The notes under the pieces: generated by a model
What the model was told of the DNA's origin: nothing
What the model saw: only the letters and a program-made list of their open reading frames with translations
The model's database searches: none
From: Solirubrobacteraceae bacterium
GTDB lineage: Bacteria > Actinomycetota > Thermoleophilia > Solirubrobacterales > Solirubrobacteraceae
Direction of reading: 5' to 3'
Assembly (NCBI GenBank): GCA_035308005.1
Contig: DATGHN010000078.1
Span: 1-57,011 of the forward strand
Length of the DNA stretch: 57,011 nucleotides
Shown: piece by piece, positions 7,983-16,483 of the stretch
How positions within the stretch are numbered: position 1 is the stretch's first letter
How the letters are laid out: each line of letters begins with the position of its first letter
Program-made: the position numbers and the translations under genes

Positions 7983-8918
7983 ATGGCGCCGCCGCACCAG
8001 CACGGAGGGCATCGCCACGACCACGCGGGCGACTCAAGGCGCCTCGCCACGGCGCTGTCGCTGATCCTCGCCTTCATGGCCGCCGAGGTCGCGTGCGGAG
8101 TCATCGCCCACTCGCTGGCGCTGCTCTCCGACGCGGCGCACATGCTGACCGACGCCGCGGCACTCGCCCTGTCGCTGGTGGCGGCGCGGCTGGCGCGCCG
8201 CCCGGCCGGCGGTTCGATGACCTACGGCCTCGGCCGCGTCGAGGTGCTGGCGGCGCAGGCCAACGGCGTGACACTGCTCGTGCTCGCGGCGTTCATCGTC
8301 TACGAGGCGATCGCGCGGCTCGTCTCACCGTCGCATGTGCAGGGCGGCCTGATGCTCGCGATTGCCCTCGTCGGCATCGCGGTCAATCTCGCCGCGGCGC
8401 TGACGCTCTCGGGTTCACCGTCGCGGAGCCTCAACCTCGAGGGCAGCTTCCGCCACATCCTCACCGACCTCTACGCGTTCATTGGGACCGCCGCGGCCGC
8501 CGCCGTGATCCTGGCCAGCGGCTTCGAGCGCGCCGACCCGATCGCGTCGCTGATCGTCGCGGCGCTGATGCTCAAGAGCGCCTTCTGGCTCCTGCGCGCC
8601 TCGGCGCGCGTGTTCCTTGAGGCCGCGCCGGAGGGCTTCGACGTCGAGTCGATCGGCCATGCTCTGGCGGAGCGCCCGGGCATCGTCGAAATCCATGACC
8701 TCCACGTCTGGGAGGTCGGCTCGGGGTTCCCGGCGCTGTCGGCCCACGTGCTCGTGCGCCGCGACGTCGATTGTCATGCGACGCGGCTCGAACTGGCGCA
8801 ACTGCTGCGCGAGCGCTTCGAGATCGAGCACACGACACTCCAGGTCGAGCACGGCTCGGGCGAGCTCCTCGAGATCGAGACCGCGGGCTCCGATCGGCCG
8901 GATCCCACGTCGCTCTAG
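7983..8918 (+). CDS. Cation diffusion facilitator (CDF) family divalent-metal efflux transporter
   Basis: ORF 7167..8918 trimmed to in-frame ATG 7983. His-rich N-terminus HQHGGHRHDH. TM2 HSLALLSDAAH and TM5 FRHILTDLY (HxxxD/HxxxD site). C-terminal cytoplasmic domain IHDLHVWEVGSG. Confidence 0.9.
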   Translation: MAPPHQHGGHRHDHAGDSRRLATALSLILAFMAAEVACGVIAHSLALLSDAAHMLTDAAALALSLVAARLARRPAGGSMTYGLGRVEVLAAQANGVTLLVLAAFIVYEAIARLVSPSHVQGGLMLAIALVGIAVNLAAALTLSGSPSRSLNLEGSFRHILTDLYAFIGTAAAAAVILASGFERADPIASLIVAALMLKSAFWLLRASARVFLEAAPEGFDVESIGHALAERPGIVEIHDLHVWEVGSGFPALSAHVLVRRDVDCHATRLELAQLLRERFEIEHTTLQVEHGSGELLEIETAGSDRPDPTSL

Positions 8919-8959
8919 CGCACTGGCCGCCTCCGCCGGCAGGCGGTACCTTTCGACAC

Positions 8960-9619
8960 ATGATTGGCGCCCAGGACACGGGGCCGGGCAGCGAATCGAT
9001 CCGGATCGTGCTGGCCGACGATCACCCGGTCGTGCGGCGCGGGCTGCGCCTGCTGCTGGACGGCGAGGAGGGCTTCGAGGTGGTCGCCGAGGCCGGCGAG
9101 GTCGATGAGGCCCGGCGCTTCGTGCGTGGCCACCATCCCGATGTCCTCGTCCTCGACCTCAACATGCCGGGCGGGTCGAGCCTTGAGGCGATTCCTGAGC
9201 TGCGCGACGAGTTTCCCGCGACCCAGGTCGTCGTCCTGACGATGCAGCAGGAGCCCGCCTATGCGCGCGAGGCGATCGCCGCCGGCGCGCTCGGATACGT
9301 GCTCAAGCAGGCCGCCGATGGCGAGCTTGTCCAGGCGGTGCGCATGGCCGCTGCCGGTGAGAGCTATCTGAATCCGCGCCTCGGTGCGCGGCTGGCCACC
9401 GAGCCGCCGCCGGGGCCACCTGACAACCTCTCCGAGCGCGAGGTCGACGTGCTTCGCCTGATCGCCCTCGGGCACACCAACAGCGAGATCGCGCAGCAGC
9501 TCTTCATCTCGGTGCGCACCGTCGAGACGCACCGCGGCCACATCTCGCAGAAACTGCTCGTGTCCTCGCGCAGCGAGCTCGTGCGCTACGCGCTAGACCA
9601 CCGCCTCGTCGGCGCGTAG
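8960..9619 (+). CDS. NarL/LuxR-family two-component response regulator (orphan; no kinase adjacent)
   Basis: ORF 8771..9619 trimmed to ATG 8960. Receiver domain IRIVLADDHP...VLVLDLNMPGG. LuxR HTH LSEREVDVLRLIALGHTNSEIAQQLFISVRTVETHR. Confidence 0.9.
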   Translation: MIGAQDTGPGSESIRIVLADDHPVVRRGLRLLLDGEEGFEVVAEAGEVDEARRFVRGHHPDVLVLDLNMPGGSSLEAIPELRDEFPATQVVVLTMQQEPAYAREAIAAGALGYVLKQAADGELVQAVRMAAAGESYLNPRLGARLATEPPPGPPDNLSEREVDVLRLIALGHTNSEIAQQLFISVRTVETHRGHISQKLLVSSRSELVRYALDHRLVGA

Positions 9620-9641
9620 CGCGTTCTCTCGGCGCGCGCTA
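9617..9641. terminator. Inverted repeat joining two convergent stop codons (candidate bidirectional terminator)
   Basis: tagcgcg (9617-9623) pairs with cgcgcta (9635-9641) around an 11-nt loop. The plus-strand TAG and the minus-strand TAG lie in opposite arms. Confidence 0.3.
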
Positions 9642-10610
9642 TCGACGGCCGCCGCCGCCCTGCCCGCGGTAGTGGTCGCGCCAGATGTAGCGGTAGAGCG
9701 GGATCCAGCGCGGGATGTCGCGAACGCCCGGGATGATGGGGATCGCCACGAGACAGACGCTCAGGAATCCCATAATCAGGAAGACGAGAAGGTCAGCGTT
9801 GGCCGAGGAGGAGAACGGCTCGATCTGGTACCAGAACGTGTAGAGCCATAGCCACACCTGGCCCGGGTAGCTCCCGGTCTCGTTCATCATGCCCCACTGC
9901 GTGCCGAGCAGATGCTGGGCCTGGGCGCGCGCCGCGAGCACGCCGCCGTCGGCCATCAAGAGCAGCGGCCTGGTGTAGTCGGTCTGGTAGAAGCGACTCG
10001 ACGTCAGGAGGTCGCCGTCGAGACCGCCGCTCTGCGCGAGCGACAGCAGCGCGGTCATCATCGCCGGGACCGGCCCGTAGCCGCCGCGGGCGACCTCGAC
10101 GGTGTCGCCGTGTCCGACGGTCGCCTTGCCGAGCGCGTCGGCGTAGGCCGTTGTCCAGGCGCTCTGTGTTTTCGCCGAAGCAGAGCGATAGGCGGCGACC
10201 GCGGCTCGCACCGGGGCGTCGCCGGGGATGCTCGCGAGCGGCTCGTAGACGTAGTCGCGCGGCGTGTCGATCGGGTGGCTGACGCCAAACCACTGCTGCA
10301 GGTGGATGAACGCGGCGTGCTGGCCGCTGGAGGCGTGGTTGTAGGGCGGGCCGTAGCCGGCGGTCCCGCTCGTGCCGTCAAGCTCGCTGACGGCGGTCGT
10401 GACGAAGTCCACAGGCATCTGTTGAGACCACTGCTTGATCGTGCTCGGCGGGTCGTCGGGGGAGGAGAACACGATCGCCAGCGCCAGCGCCAGAGCGGTC
10501 ACGACCGCAAGCGCCACGCACAGCTCCTTGACGAGGTCGTAAGGCCTGTAGGGCCCGTCGTAGTGCCTGGCGAGCTCGTTCAGCTCGCGGTTCGAGAGCC
10601 GGCGCTTCAA
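9639..10610 (-). CDS. Cytochrome b C-terminal-domain / subunit-IV-like membrane protein with a ~240-aa extracytoplasmic insertion
   Basis: ORF 9639..10949 trimmed to TTG 10610, which overlaps the upstream TGA (10607-10609). The N-terminus HYDGPYRPYDLVKELCVALAVVTALALALAIVF resembles the helix-E entry of PetD/cyt b. The C-terminus PGQVWLWLYTFWYQIEPF plus one TM sits where PEWY and helix F would be. Start codon uncertain. Confidence 0.6.
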   Translation of the reverse strand: MKRRLSNRELNELARHYDGPYRPYDLVKELCVALAVVTALALALAIVFSSPDDPPSTIKQWSQQMPVDFVTTAVSELDGTSGTAGYGPPYNHASSGQHAAFIHLQQWFGVSHPIDTPRDYVYEPLASIPGDAPVRAAVAAYRSASAKTQSAWTTAYADALGKATVGHGDTVEVARGGYGPVPAMMTALLSLAQSGGLDGDLLTSSRFYQTDYTRPLLLMADGGVLAARAQAQHLLGTQWGMMNETGSYPGQVWLWLYTFWYQIEPFSSSANADLLVFLIMGFLSVCLVAIPIIPGVRDIPRWIPLYRYIWRDHYRGQGGGGRR

Positions 10611-11242
10611 GAGGTTGGTGGGCGTAGGTCGGCCAGCGGCAGCGGCGGAACGATGCCGTGCCGGCGAACCAGCAGGACGTGAGCGAGGACCAGTGCGACG
10701 ACGAGCACCGGTAGGAGCAGCACGTGGTAGGTGTACATCTGGCCGAAGTTGAGGACGTTGAAGAACGCGCCGATCCCCGTCGAGTTGATTCCGTCCTTGG
10801 CCTGGGTGGCGATCCATTGCGAGTCGAAGTTCTGCTGCGAGACGTAGCCGGTGAAGGCGCACGGGACCGCGACGAGGAACGTGACGGCTCCGCTGGCCCA
10901 CGTGCGAGCGCGCCCGCCGCGCCAAGCAGCCATGAAGAACTTGGCCCACAGATGGATGACCGTGAAGAAGAAGAAGAGCTCAACAGCCCACAAATGGATG
11001 CTGTTGAAGAAGTGCCCAACGCCCGTGTAGTGCCACCACGCCGGACCCTTGAGCCCGAGAATCACACCCGAGCCGATGATCACCGCGAGTGAGGCAAGCG
11101 TCAGAACGCCAAAGATGTAGACCCACGAGGACATGTACGCCGGCTGCTCGTCCGGCAGGAGTCGTTCGGGTGGCATCGCGCGCACGGCCGCGTCGCGGAC
11201 GCGGGCCGTCCATGAACTGGGGGCCGAGCGGTGCGCACTCAT
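10607..11242 (-). CDS. Cytochrome b N-terminal domain (b6-like, four-helix, di-haem) protein
   Basis: ORF track 10607..11242 (211 aa). Bis-His pairs IHLWAVELFFFFTVIH (13 residues between the His) and YHVLLLPVLVVALVLAH (14 between, b6-type). ATGA overlap with the upstream small ORF. Confidence 0.85.
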   Translation of the reverse strand: MSAHRSAPSSWTARVRDAAVRAMPPERLLPDEQPAYMSSWVYIFGVLTLASLAVIIGSGVILGLKGPAWWHYTGVGHFFNSIHLWAVELFFFFTVIHLWAKFFMAAWRGGRARTWASGAVTFLVAVPCAFTGYVSQQNFDSQWIATQAKDGINSTGIGAFFNVLNFGQMYTYHVLLLPVLVVALVLAHVLLVRRHGIVPPLPLADLRPPTS

Positions 11243-11442
11243 CGCTGCTCGTCCTCATGGCGGCGTCGGAACGGCAGCGCTATCGCCGCGGCGAAGACCA
11301 CGACCATCAGGCCGATCACGACGAGGTTCGAGACCGACATCTGGAAGAAGCCGGCGTGGACGTAGCTCGCCGGATGATTGAGGTTGACCAGCGCGGCGAG
11401 CAGCACTCCAGCGAGGCTACGCGGACTCCGCAATGCCGCCAT
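11239..11442 (-). CDS. Small hydrophobic protein, first gene of the cytochrome b operon
   Basis: ORF 11239..11448 (TTG). ATG at 11442 gives 67 aa: MAALRSPRSLAGVLLAALVNL...MSVSNLVVIGLMVVVFAAAIALPFRRRHEDEQR. The stop overlaps the cytochrome b ATG (ATGA). No strong SD; start uncertain. Confidence 0.35.
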   Translation of the reverse strand: MAALRSPRSLAGVLLAALVNLNHPASYVHAGFFQMSVSNLVVIGLMVVVFAAAIALPFRRRHEDEQR

Positions 11443-11557
11443 CGGCAACGGCTACCCATGAGGTATCGGTAGTTTTCCGCAGACCGGCCGGATCGCACTA
11501 CTCAGCGGTGGGCCGGCGCCGGCCGCGACCCGACCATCCGTGGTCTGGCTCGAGCGC

Positions 11558-13498
11558 TCAGCCCTCGAGGCCGCTGATCGCGAACGGCTCGATCGCGTCG
11601 GCGGGCTCGAAGCCGAAGATGCGGCTGACGAAATAGAGCTCGGACTCGAGGGCGCGGGCGATCGTCGCGGCGTTGCGAAACCCGTGCCCCTCGCCTTCGA
11701 AGGTCAGGTAGGCGTGGGGGACGCCCTTGTGCGCTAGCGCCGCCGCCATCGCCTCAGACTGGCTCGGGGGGACGATCTCGTCGTCGAGCCCCTGCAGCAG
11801 GAGCATCGGCCGAGCGAGGGCGTCCGGGAAGTTGACGGGCGAGCGCGCGCGATAGAGGTCGGCGCACTCGGGATAGGGCCCGACGAGCGAGTCAAGGTAG
11901 CGCGACTCGAACTTGTGGGTGTCGCGCGCCAGCCCTTCGGCGTCGGCGACGCCGTACAGGCTGACGCCGGCCGCGAACGCCTCCGGTTCGAAGGTCAGCG
12001 AGCACGTCACGACGTAGCCGCCGGCGCTACCGCCCTGTACCCACGTCCGCGCCGGATCGGCCGCGCCGGTATCGGCGAGGTGGCGTGCCGCGTCGACGCA
12101 GTCGCGCCAGTCGATCTCGCCCCAGCGGCCCTCAAGTGCGCGGCGGTAGTCGCGGCCAAACCCGCTCGAGCCGCGGTAGTTGACGTCGACGACGCCGATG
12201 CCGCGCTGCGTGAAGTACTGGACGCCGAGCTTGAGGGCCGGCGAGGAATGGGCGGTCGGGCCGCCGTGGCAGATCACGCGAAGCGGCGGCCGCTCCCCGG
12301 CAGGCGCGGCGCCGCCGCTCGGCGGATAGAAGAAGGCATGGGCGCGCGCGCCGTCGCGCGTCTCGAAGTCAATCGGCCGCGGACGCGAGATCGCATCCGA
12401 TTCGAGTGCCTGCTCGAGCGTCGCGCGAACGCTCCGTGCCGGGCCGCCGTTGACCGTCGCCAGCACCAGCGTCAGTGCGGTTCCCGGCGCGGCGGCAGCG
12501 AACGCGACCGTGCCCCCGCGCGCGTCGAGCGTGGTCGGGTCGATGCTTGTCCATTCTCCTTCCAGCGGCTCAAGCGCGCCGTCCGCGGCGCGAACCCAGA
12601 GCGAGTCACTCGCTCGGCGGCTCACGACGCAGGCGATCCGCTCGTCGCCGAGGAGCGCGTAGCGGCGCATTCCGAGCACCCATGCGGGGTAACCGACCTC
12701 CGCGTCGCGAAGTGCTGTCAGCTCGTCACGGCGGCCGTCGGCGGTGATCCGCTCGAGGTTCCACCAGCCGGAGCGGTCGCTGCAGAAGTAGAGCGCGCCG
12801 CCGGAGTCCCACTGCGGCTGGAAGATCGACTCGCGCGCACCGCCTGCCACGAGCGCCGCGTCGGAGATCGTCCCGTCGGGCTCGAGCGTTCCGGCCCACA
12901 GCTCCGTTCCGTCCCAGGGCATCTGCGGGAAGTTCCAGCGCAGCCACGCGATCCGCGTACCCGAGGGATCGATCCGGGGGCTTGCGACGAAGTCGCTGGC
13001 GGAGTCGACGGCACGCGGCTCCTCGGAGCCGTCGGCGGGGATGGCGACAAGCTCGTTGGTGACAGCGCGCGTGTCGTGTGATTCCCGCACGCAGATGACG
13101 ACGCCGGATGGCGTGACGACGCCGTCGCCGTAGCGCAGCGCGTGCGGGCGCTCAGGGAGCGGCGTGATCGGCTCGGGGTCGAAGTCGCGGCCGCGCTGCA
13201 CATGCAGGCGCCCGTCGGCGAAGCTCGAGCAGAACGCACCGCCGTCGCAGTCAAACCAGCACGCCGCGCCGCCCATCTCGTGCACGCGCGTACGGACGTT
13301 GAAGCCTGCCGGTGTGAGATCGAGTGGGCCGTCGGGTGAGTCCTCGACGATCACGCCGCGCCCGCCCTCATCGGCGCGGTACTCGAGCCAGCGGAGCGGG
13401 TCGCCGAGCCAGACTCCGCCGAAGAAGCGTCCCGCGCCGCGCGCCACCGCCGCGGCGCTGAGCCGCGACTGCCAGGTTCCGAACGGCCGCTCGCTCAT
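11558..13498 (-). CDS. S9-family serine peptidase (prolyl oligopeptidase / acylaminoacyl-peptidase type) with N-terminal beta-propeller
   Basis: ORF 11558..13570 trimmed to ATG 13498. Nucleophile motif GGSAGGYVV. Asp in LQGLDDEIVPP. His in FEGEGHGF. Confidence 0.85.
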   Translation of the reverse strand: MSERPFGTWQSRLSAAAVARGAGRFFGGVWLGDPLRWLEYRADEGGRGVIVEDSPDGPLDLTPAGFNVRTRVHEMGGAACWFDCDGGAFCSSFADGRLHVQRGRDFDPEPITPLPERPHALRYGDGVVTPSGVVICVRESHDTRAVTNELVAIPADGSEEPRAVDSASDFVASPRIDPSGTRIAWLRWNFPQMPWDGTELWAGTLEPDGTISDAALVAGGARESIFQPQWDSGGALYFCSDRSGWWNLERITADGRRDELTALRDAEVGYPAWVLGMRRYALLGDERIACVVSRRASDSLWVRAADGALEPLEGEWTSIDPTTLDARGGTVAFAAAAPGTALTLVLATVNGGPARSVRATLEQALESDAISRPRPIDFETRDGARAHAFFYPPSGGAAPAGERPPLRVICHGGPTAHSSPALKLGVQYFTQRGIGVVDVNYRGSSGFGRDYRRALEGRWGEIDWRDCVDAARHLADTGAADPARTWVQGGSAGGYVVTCSLTFEPEAFAAGVSLYGVADAEGLARDTHKFESRYLDSLVGPYPECADLYRARSPVNFPDALARPMLLLQGLDDEIVPPSQSEAMAAALAHKGVPHAYLTFEGEGHGFRNAATIARALESELYFVSRIFGFEPADAIEPFAISGLEG

Positions 13499-13536
13499 CG
13501 GGCAACAGACTAGCTTCACGCGAGTGCCGATCTGCT

Positions 13537-14328
13537 TTGATCGAAGCCGCCATCGACGCTCCAATCCCATCGGGTGCCGTCGCCGCTCGCGCCTGGCGCG
13601 ATGCGTCCCACGCCGTTGCCTGCGACTTCGACGAGCGCTGGGAGCACGGCCGGATCCTGCGAGCGACTCGCTATCCGACCTACTACGACCTCAACTTCGT
13701 GCTCGTCGAGGACGCGGCGCCGATCGCGGGAGAAGAGGTTCGCGCCGTCGCCGACCGCGCGCTCGTCGATCTCGCGCACCGGCGCGTCGCCTTCGATCAT
13801 CTCGAGAACGCGGAGCCGCTCCGCGCGGGCTTCGAGGCGGCGGGGTGGAAGGCGATGCGGCTGCTGTGGCTCCGTCACGACCGTAGCTCCATCGCGTCGC
13901 TGCTCGACATGGAGGTCGCCGAGGTCGGAATCGACGACGTGCGCGAGCTTCGCTTTGCGTGGCATCACGAGGCCGGCCTGGGCGGTGACGGCGCGTCGTT
14001 TGCGGCTTTCCTCGACGAAGCGCGGGAGGTCGCCGAGAGCCGCGGCGCTCGAGTGTTCGCGGCGCTCGAGAGCGGGGAGGCGGTGGGCTTCGTGCAGCTT
14101 GAGCAAATCGGCGCCGCCGGCGAGATCACGCAGGCGTTCGTGCGCGGCGACCGTCGCGGCGGCGGGCGTGGCGGCGCCCTGATCGCGGCCGCGATCGCGG
14201 CCGCGCGCGATCTCGAGGAGCTCTTCATCTGCGCCGACGACGAGGACCGCGCCAAGCTGCTCTACGAGCGCGCCGGCTTTCGCCCGCTCTGGAGGACGAT
14301 GCAGTTTTTGCTGCCGCCGCCGAGCTAG
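13537..14328 (+). CDS. GNAT-family N-acetyltransferase (two-lobed)
   Basis: ORF track 13537..14328 (TTG start). Acetyl-CoA loop-like FVRGDRRGGGRGGALI. C-terminal LYERAGFRP typical of GNAT. Start uncertain. Confidence 0.6.
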   Translation: MIEAAIDAPIPSGAVAARAWRDASHAVACDFDERWEHGRILRATRYPTYYDLNFVLVEDAAPIAGEEVRAVADRALVDLAHRRVAFDHLENAEPLRAGFEAAGWKAMRLLWLRHDRSSIASLLDMEVAEVGIDDVRELRFAWHHEAGLGGDGASFAAFLDEAREVAESRGARVFAALESGEAVGFVQLEQIGAAGEITQAFVRGDRRGGGRGGALIAAAIAAARDLEELFICADDEDRAKLLYERAGFRPLWRTMQFLLPPPS

Positions 14329-14377
14329 GAGATCGCGGTGAGGCGCGGCGTATGCTGAGCTGGCTCTGCTCCAGCAC

Positions 14378-14788
14378 ATGACATATGTCAGTTCAGCGAC
14401 GGACCTTTTCTCGACGCAACAGCTGACCGACCTTCTGCGGCGCAGTCGCGACGCGAACGAGCGCGCCGCGATCAGCGGCATGCTGCTCTACAAGGACGGC
14501 AACTTCATGCAGACAGTCGAGGGGCCGCGCGAGGCGGTGGACGACCTCGAGGCGCGGCTCGCGCGCGATCCCCGCCACCGCGGCATGCTCGTGCTGCTGC
14601 GCGGGGAACGAGAGCAGCGAGAGTTCGACGGCTGGTCGATGGGCTTTCGCGACCTGACGGTGGCCGCCGAGCTCGCCGAGGTCGAGGGCTACAGCGAGTT
14701 TCTCGAGACGCCGCTGACCGCTGATGCGTTCGGCGCCGACCCCGACGCCAGTCAGCGTCTGCTGCTCGCCTTCAAGCGGCACATGTAG
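14378..14788 (+). CDS. Short stand-alone BLUF-domain blue-light/FAD sensor protein
   Basis: ORF track 14378..14788 (136 aa). Y3, Q45, W86 and M88 have the same spacings as AppA Y21/Q63/W104/M106 (42 and 41 residues). Motifs ISGMLLY, NFMQTVEG, FDGWSM. Confidence 0.85.
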   Translation: MTYVSSATDLFSTQQLTDLLRRSRDANERAAISGMLLYKDGNFMQTVEGPREAVDDLEARLARDPRHRGMLVLLRGEREQREFDGWSMGFRDLTVAAELAEVEGYSEFLETPLTADAFGADPDASQRLLLAFKRHM

Positions 14789-14797
14789 CGTCGCCGT

Positions 14798-16483
14798 TTA
14801 GAAGATCGGCGGCAGCACGAGGTGGCGAAGCAGCTTCCGTGCGCGCTGGCGGCGGCGCACGGCCGCAAACACGGCGTCGCGCTTGGCGGTCTGGAAGTAG
14901 TCGTTGAAGCCGCGCACGGCGGCTTCAGAGAGATGCCCGGGCAACGGCGCCGCGAGTTCGCCGTCGAGCGCCTGCTCAAGCGCCGCACGCAGCGCGCCCT
15001 CGAGCGGGCTTCGCCCGGCCGTGTTGTCGAGCTCCAGGCGTCCCGCCGCGGTCGAGTAGTCGTAGAGCTCGCTGTCCTCGCCGCTTGAGAGCGGCTCGGT
15101 GCCGCCGGGCGCCCAGTTCGAATAGATCGCGTACTTGGCCTGGGCGGTGCGCAGGCTGACGATGTGCAGCGGGGCGTTGTAGAGCTCGCCGGCGAACTCG
15201 GTCACGATCTCGTCGGTCACGTGGAGGATGTGGTCTCGCCCGGGGGCGTCGGCATCGCGCAGCAGCGGCGCGAGGTCAAGCCGGTCGGCGAGGTGGGCGT
15301 AATGCCCATCGCGGCGCCAGGCGCCGTCGCCGGCGGCGATCGTCAGCAGCAGCGGGGCCACGTCGACGCTCGAGGTGAGCTGCGTGCGCGGGATGTGCGG
15401 GGACCGGGTCAGCACGCGGCGCGGGTCCTTGACGAGCAGCGGCACGCGAATCGCTTCCTCGTAGACCGCCGCGCCCTTGCCGCGCAGTCCGTGCGAGGCC
15501 CCGTACTCGCCGTGATCGGAGGTGAACACGACGACGGTGTTGGCAGCGACGGCGGGGTTCGAGTGGAGCGCGCGCATCACGTCGCCGATCTGGTGGTCGA
15601 CCTCGCGCTGGAGCTTCACGTACATGTTGGCGAAGTCGAGCCAGAGGCGCTCGGTGTTTGGGCCGCTGAAGGGAACCGGTCCGAATGCGCTCGCCGAGGT
15701 CTCCTGGAGCGAGCGTTGCAGCCGCGGCTTGCGGCGCGCCATCAGTTGCTCCGGCGTCTCGAAGTTCGGCGGCATCCGCGTCACGGTCTGTGCGGCGACC
15801 CGCTCCCCGTGGGTGCGATCGGTCCACAGATACCACCACGAGATGTCGTGGGGGTTGACGAGCGAGACGGTCGTGCACCACGGGCCGCTCGCGCCCTCCT
15901 CGGCGAACCAGTCGGCGAACTGGTCCGCGATGTGATGGTCGACCCGCAGGCCCTGGCCGGGCGCCCCGTTCGGCGACGGGAACGTTCCGCCGCCGAACCC
16001 GTAGCGCTCGAGGTCGCGCGAGCCGCTCGTCGCTGTCCAGTGGCGATCGCCGTGCGTCAGGTGCCACTTGCCGTACCACCAAGTCGAGTAGCCCTGCTCA
16101 CGGAGCATCCGCCCCCATGTCGGAAAGCCCGGGTCGAGCGTGCTCGAGCCGGTGATCATGCAGCCGGTCTGGTGGGTGTAGAGCCCGGTGAGCAGCGCGG
16201 AGCGCGACGGAGTGCAGTCGTTCGAGGCGGTGTAGTGGCGCTCGAAGGACACCGCGCCGCGGCGAATCGCGGCGATGTTCGGGAGTTCGGCCATCGGTGA
16301 ATACCACTGCGGAAAGCGCAGCTGATCGACGATGATCACGAGGATGTTGGGCGGGCCGTGCGACCCGTTCGACCCGCCCTCCGTCGCCGCCCAGACGCCC
16401 GCGCCCGTGCCTGCCACCGCTCCTGCGGCGATGCCGCGGCGCAGGAACGTGCGCCGGTCGATGCCCTGGCCGCGCCTGCTCAC
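14798..16483 (-). CDS. Tat-exported type I sulfatase (paralogue of 989..2752)
   Basis: ORF 14798..16558 trimmed to GTG 16483, which forms a GTGA overlap with the upstream stop. Tat motif IDRRTFLRRGIAAGA. SNDCTPSRSALLTG (CxPxR). Long identical runs with the first sulfatase (TGCMITG.STLDPGFPT.GRMLREQGYST.WYGKWHLT). Confidence 0.9.
   Translation of the reverse strand: MSRRGQGIDRRTFLRRGIAAGAVAGTGAGVWAATEGGSNGSHGPPNILVIIVDQLRFPQWYSPMAELPNIAAIRRGAVSFERHYTASNDCTPSRSALLTGLYTHQTGCMITGSSTLDPGFPTWGRMLREQGYSTWWYGKWHLTHGDRHWTATSGSRDLERYGFGGGTFPSPNGAPGQGLRVDHHIADQFADWFAEEGASGPWCTTVSLVNPHDISWWYLWTDRTHGERVAAQTVTRMPPNFETPEQLMARRKPRLQRSLQETSASAFGPVPFSGPNTERLWLDFANMYVKLQREVDHQIGDVMRALHSNPAVAANTVVVFTSDHGEYGASHGLRGKGAAVYEEAIRVPLLVKDPRRVLTRSPHIPRTQLTSSVDVAPLLLTIAAGDGAWRRDGHYAHLADRLDLAPLLRDADAPGRDHILHVTDEIVTEFAGELYNAPLHIVSLRTAQAKYAIYSNWAPGGTEPLSSGEDSELYDYSTAAGRLELDNTAGRSPLEGALRAALEQALDGELAAPLPGHLSEAAVRGFNDYFQTAKRDAVFAAVRRRQRARKLLRHLVLPPIF

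Noticed and set aside
11511-11524. 14-bp perfect palindrome GGCCGGCGCCGGCC between the S9 peptidase gene and the cytochrome b operon
   Set aside because: It has no loop and no flanking U/T tract. Palindromes like this, built from GC-only tetramers, arise easily in high-GC DNA. There is no second copy or nearby regulator to give it meaning.
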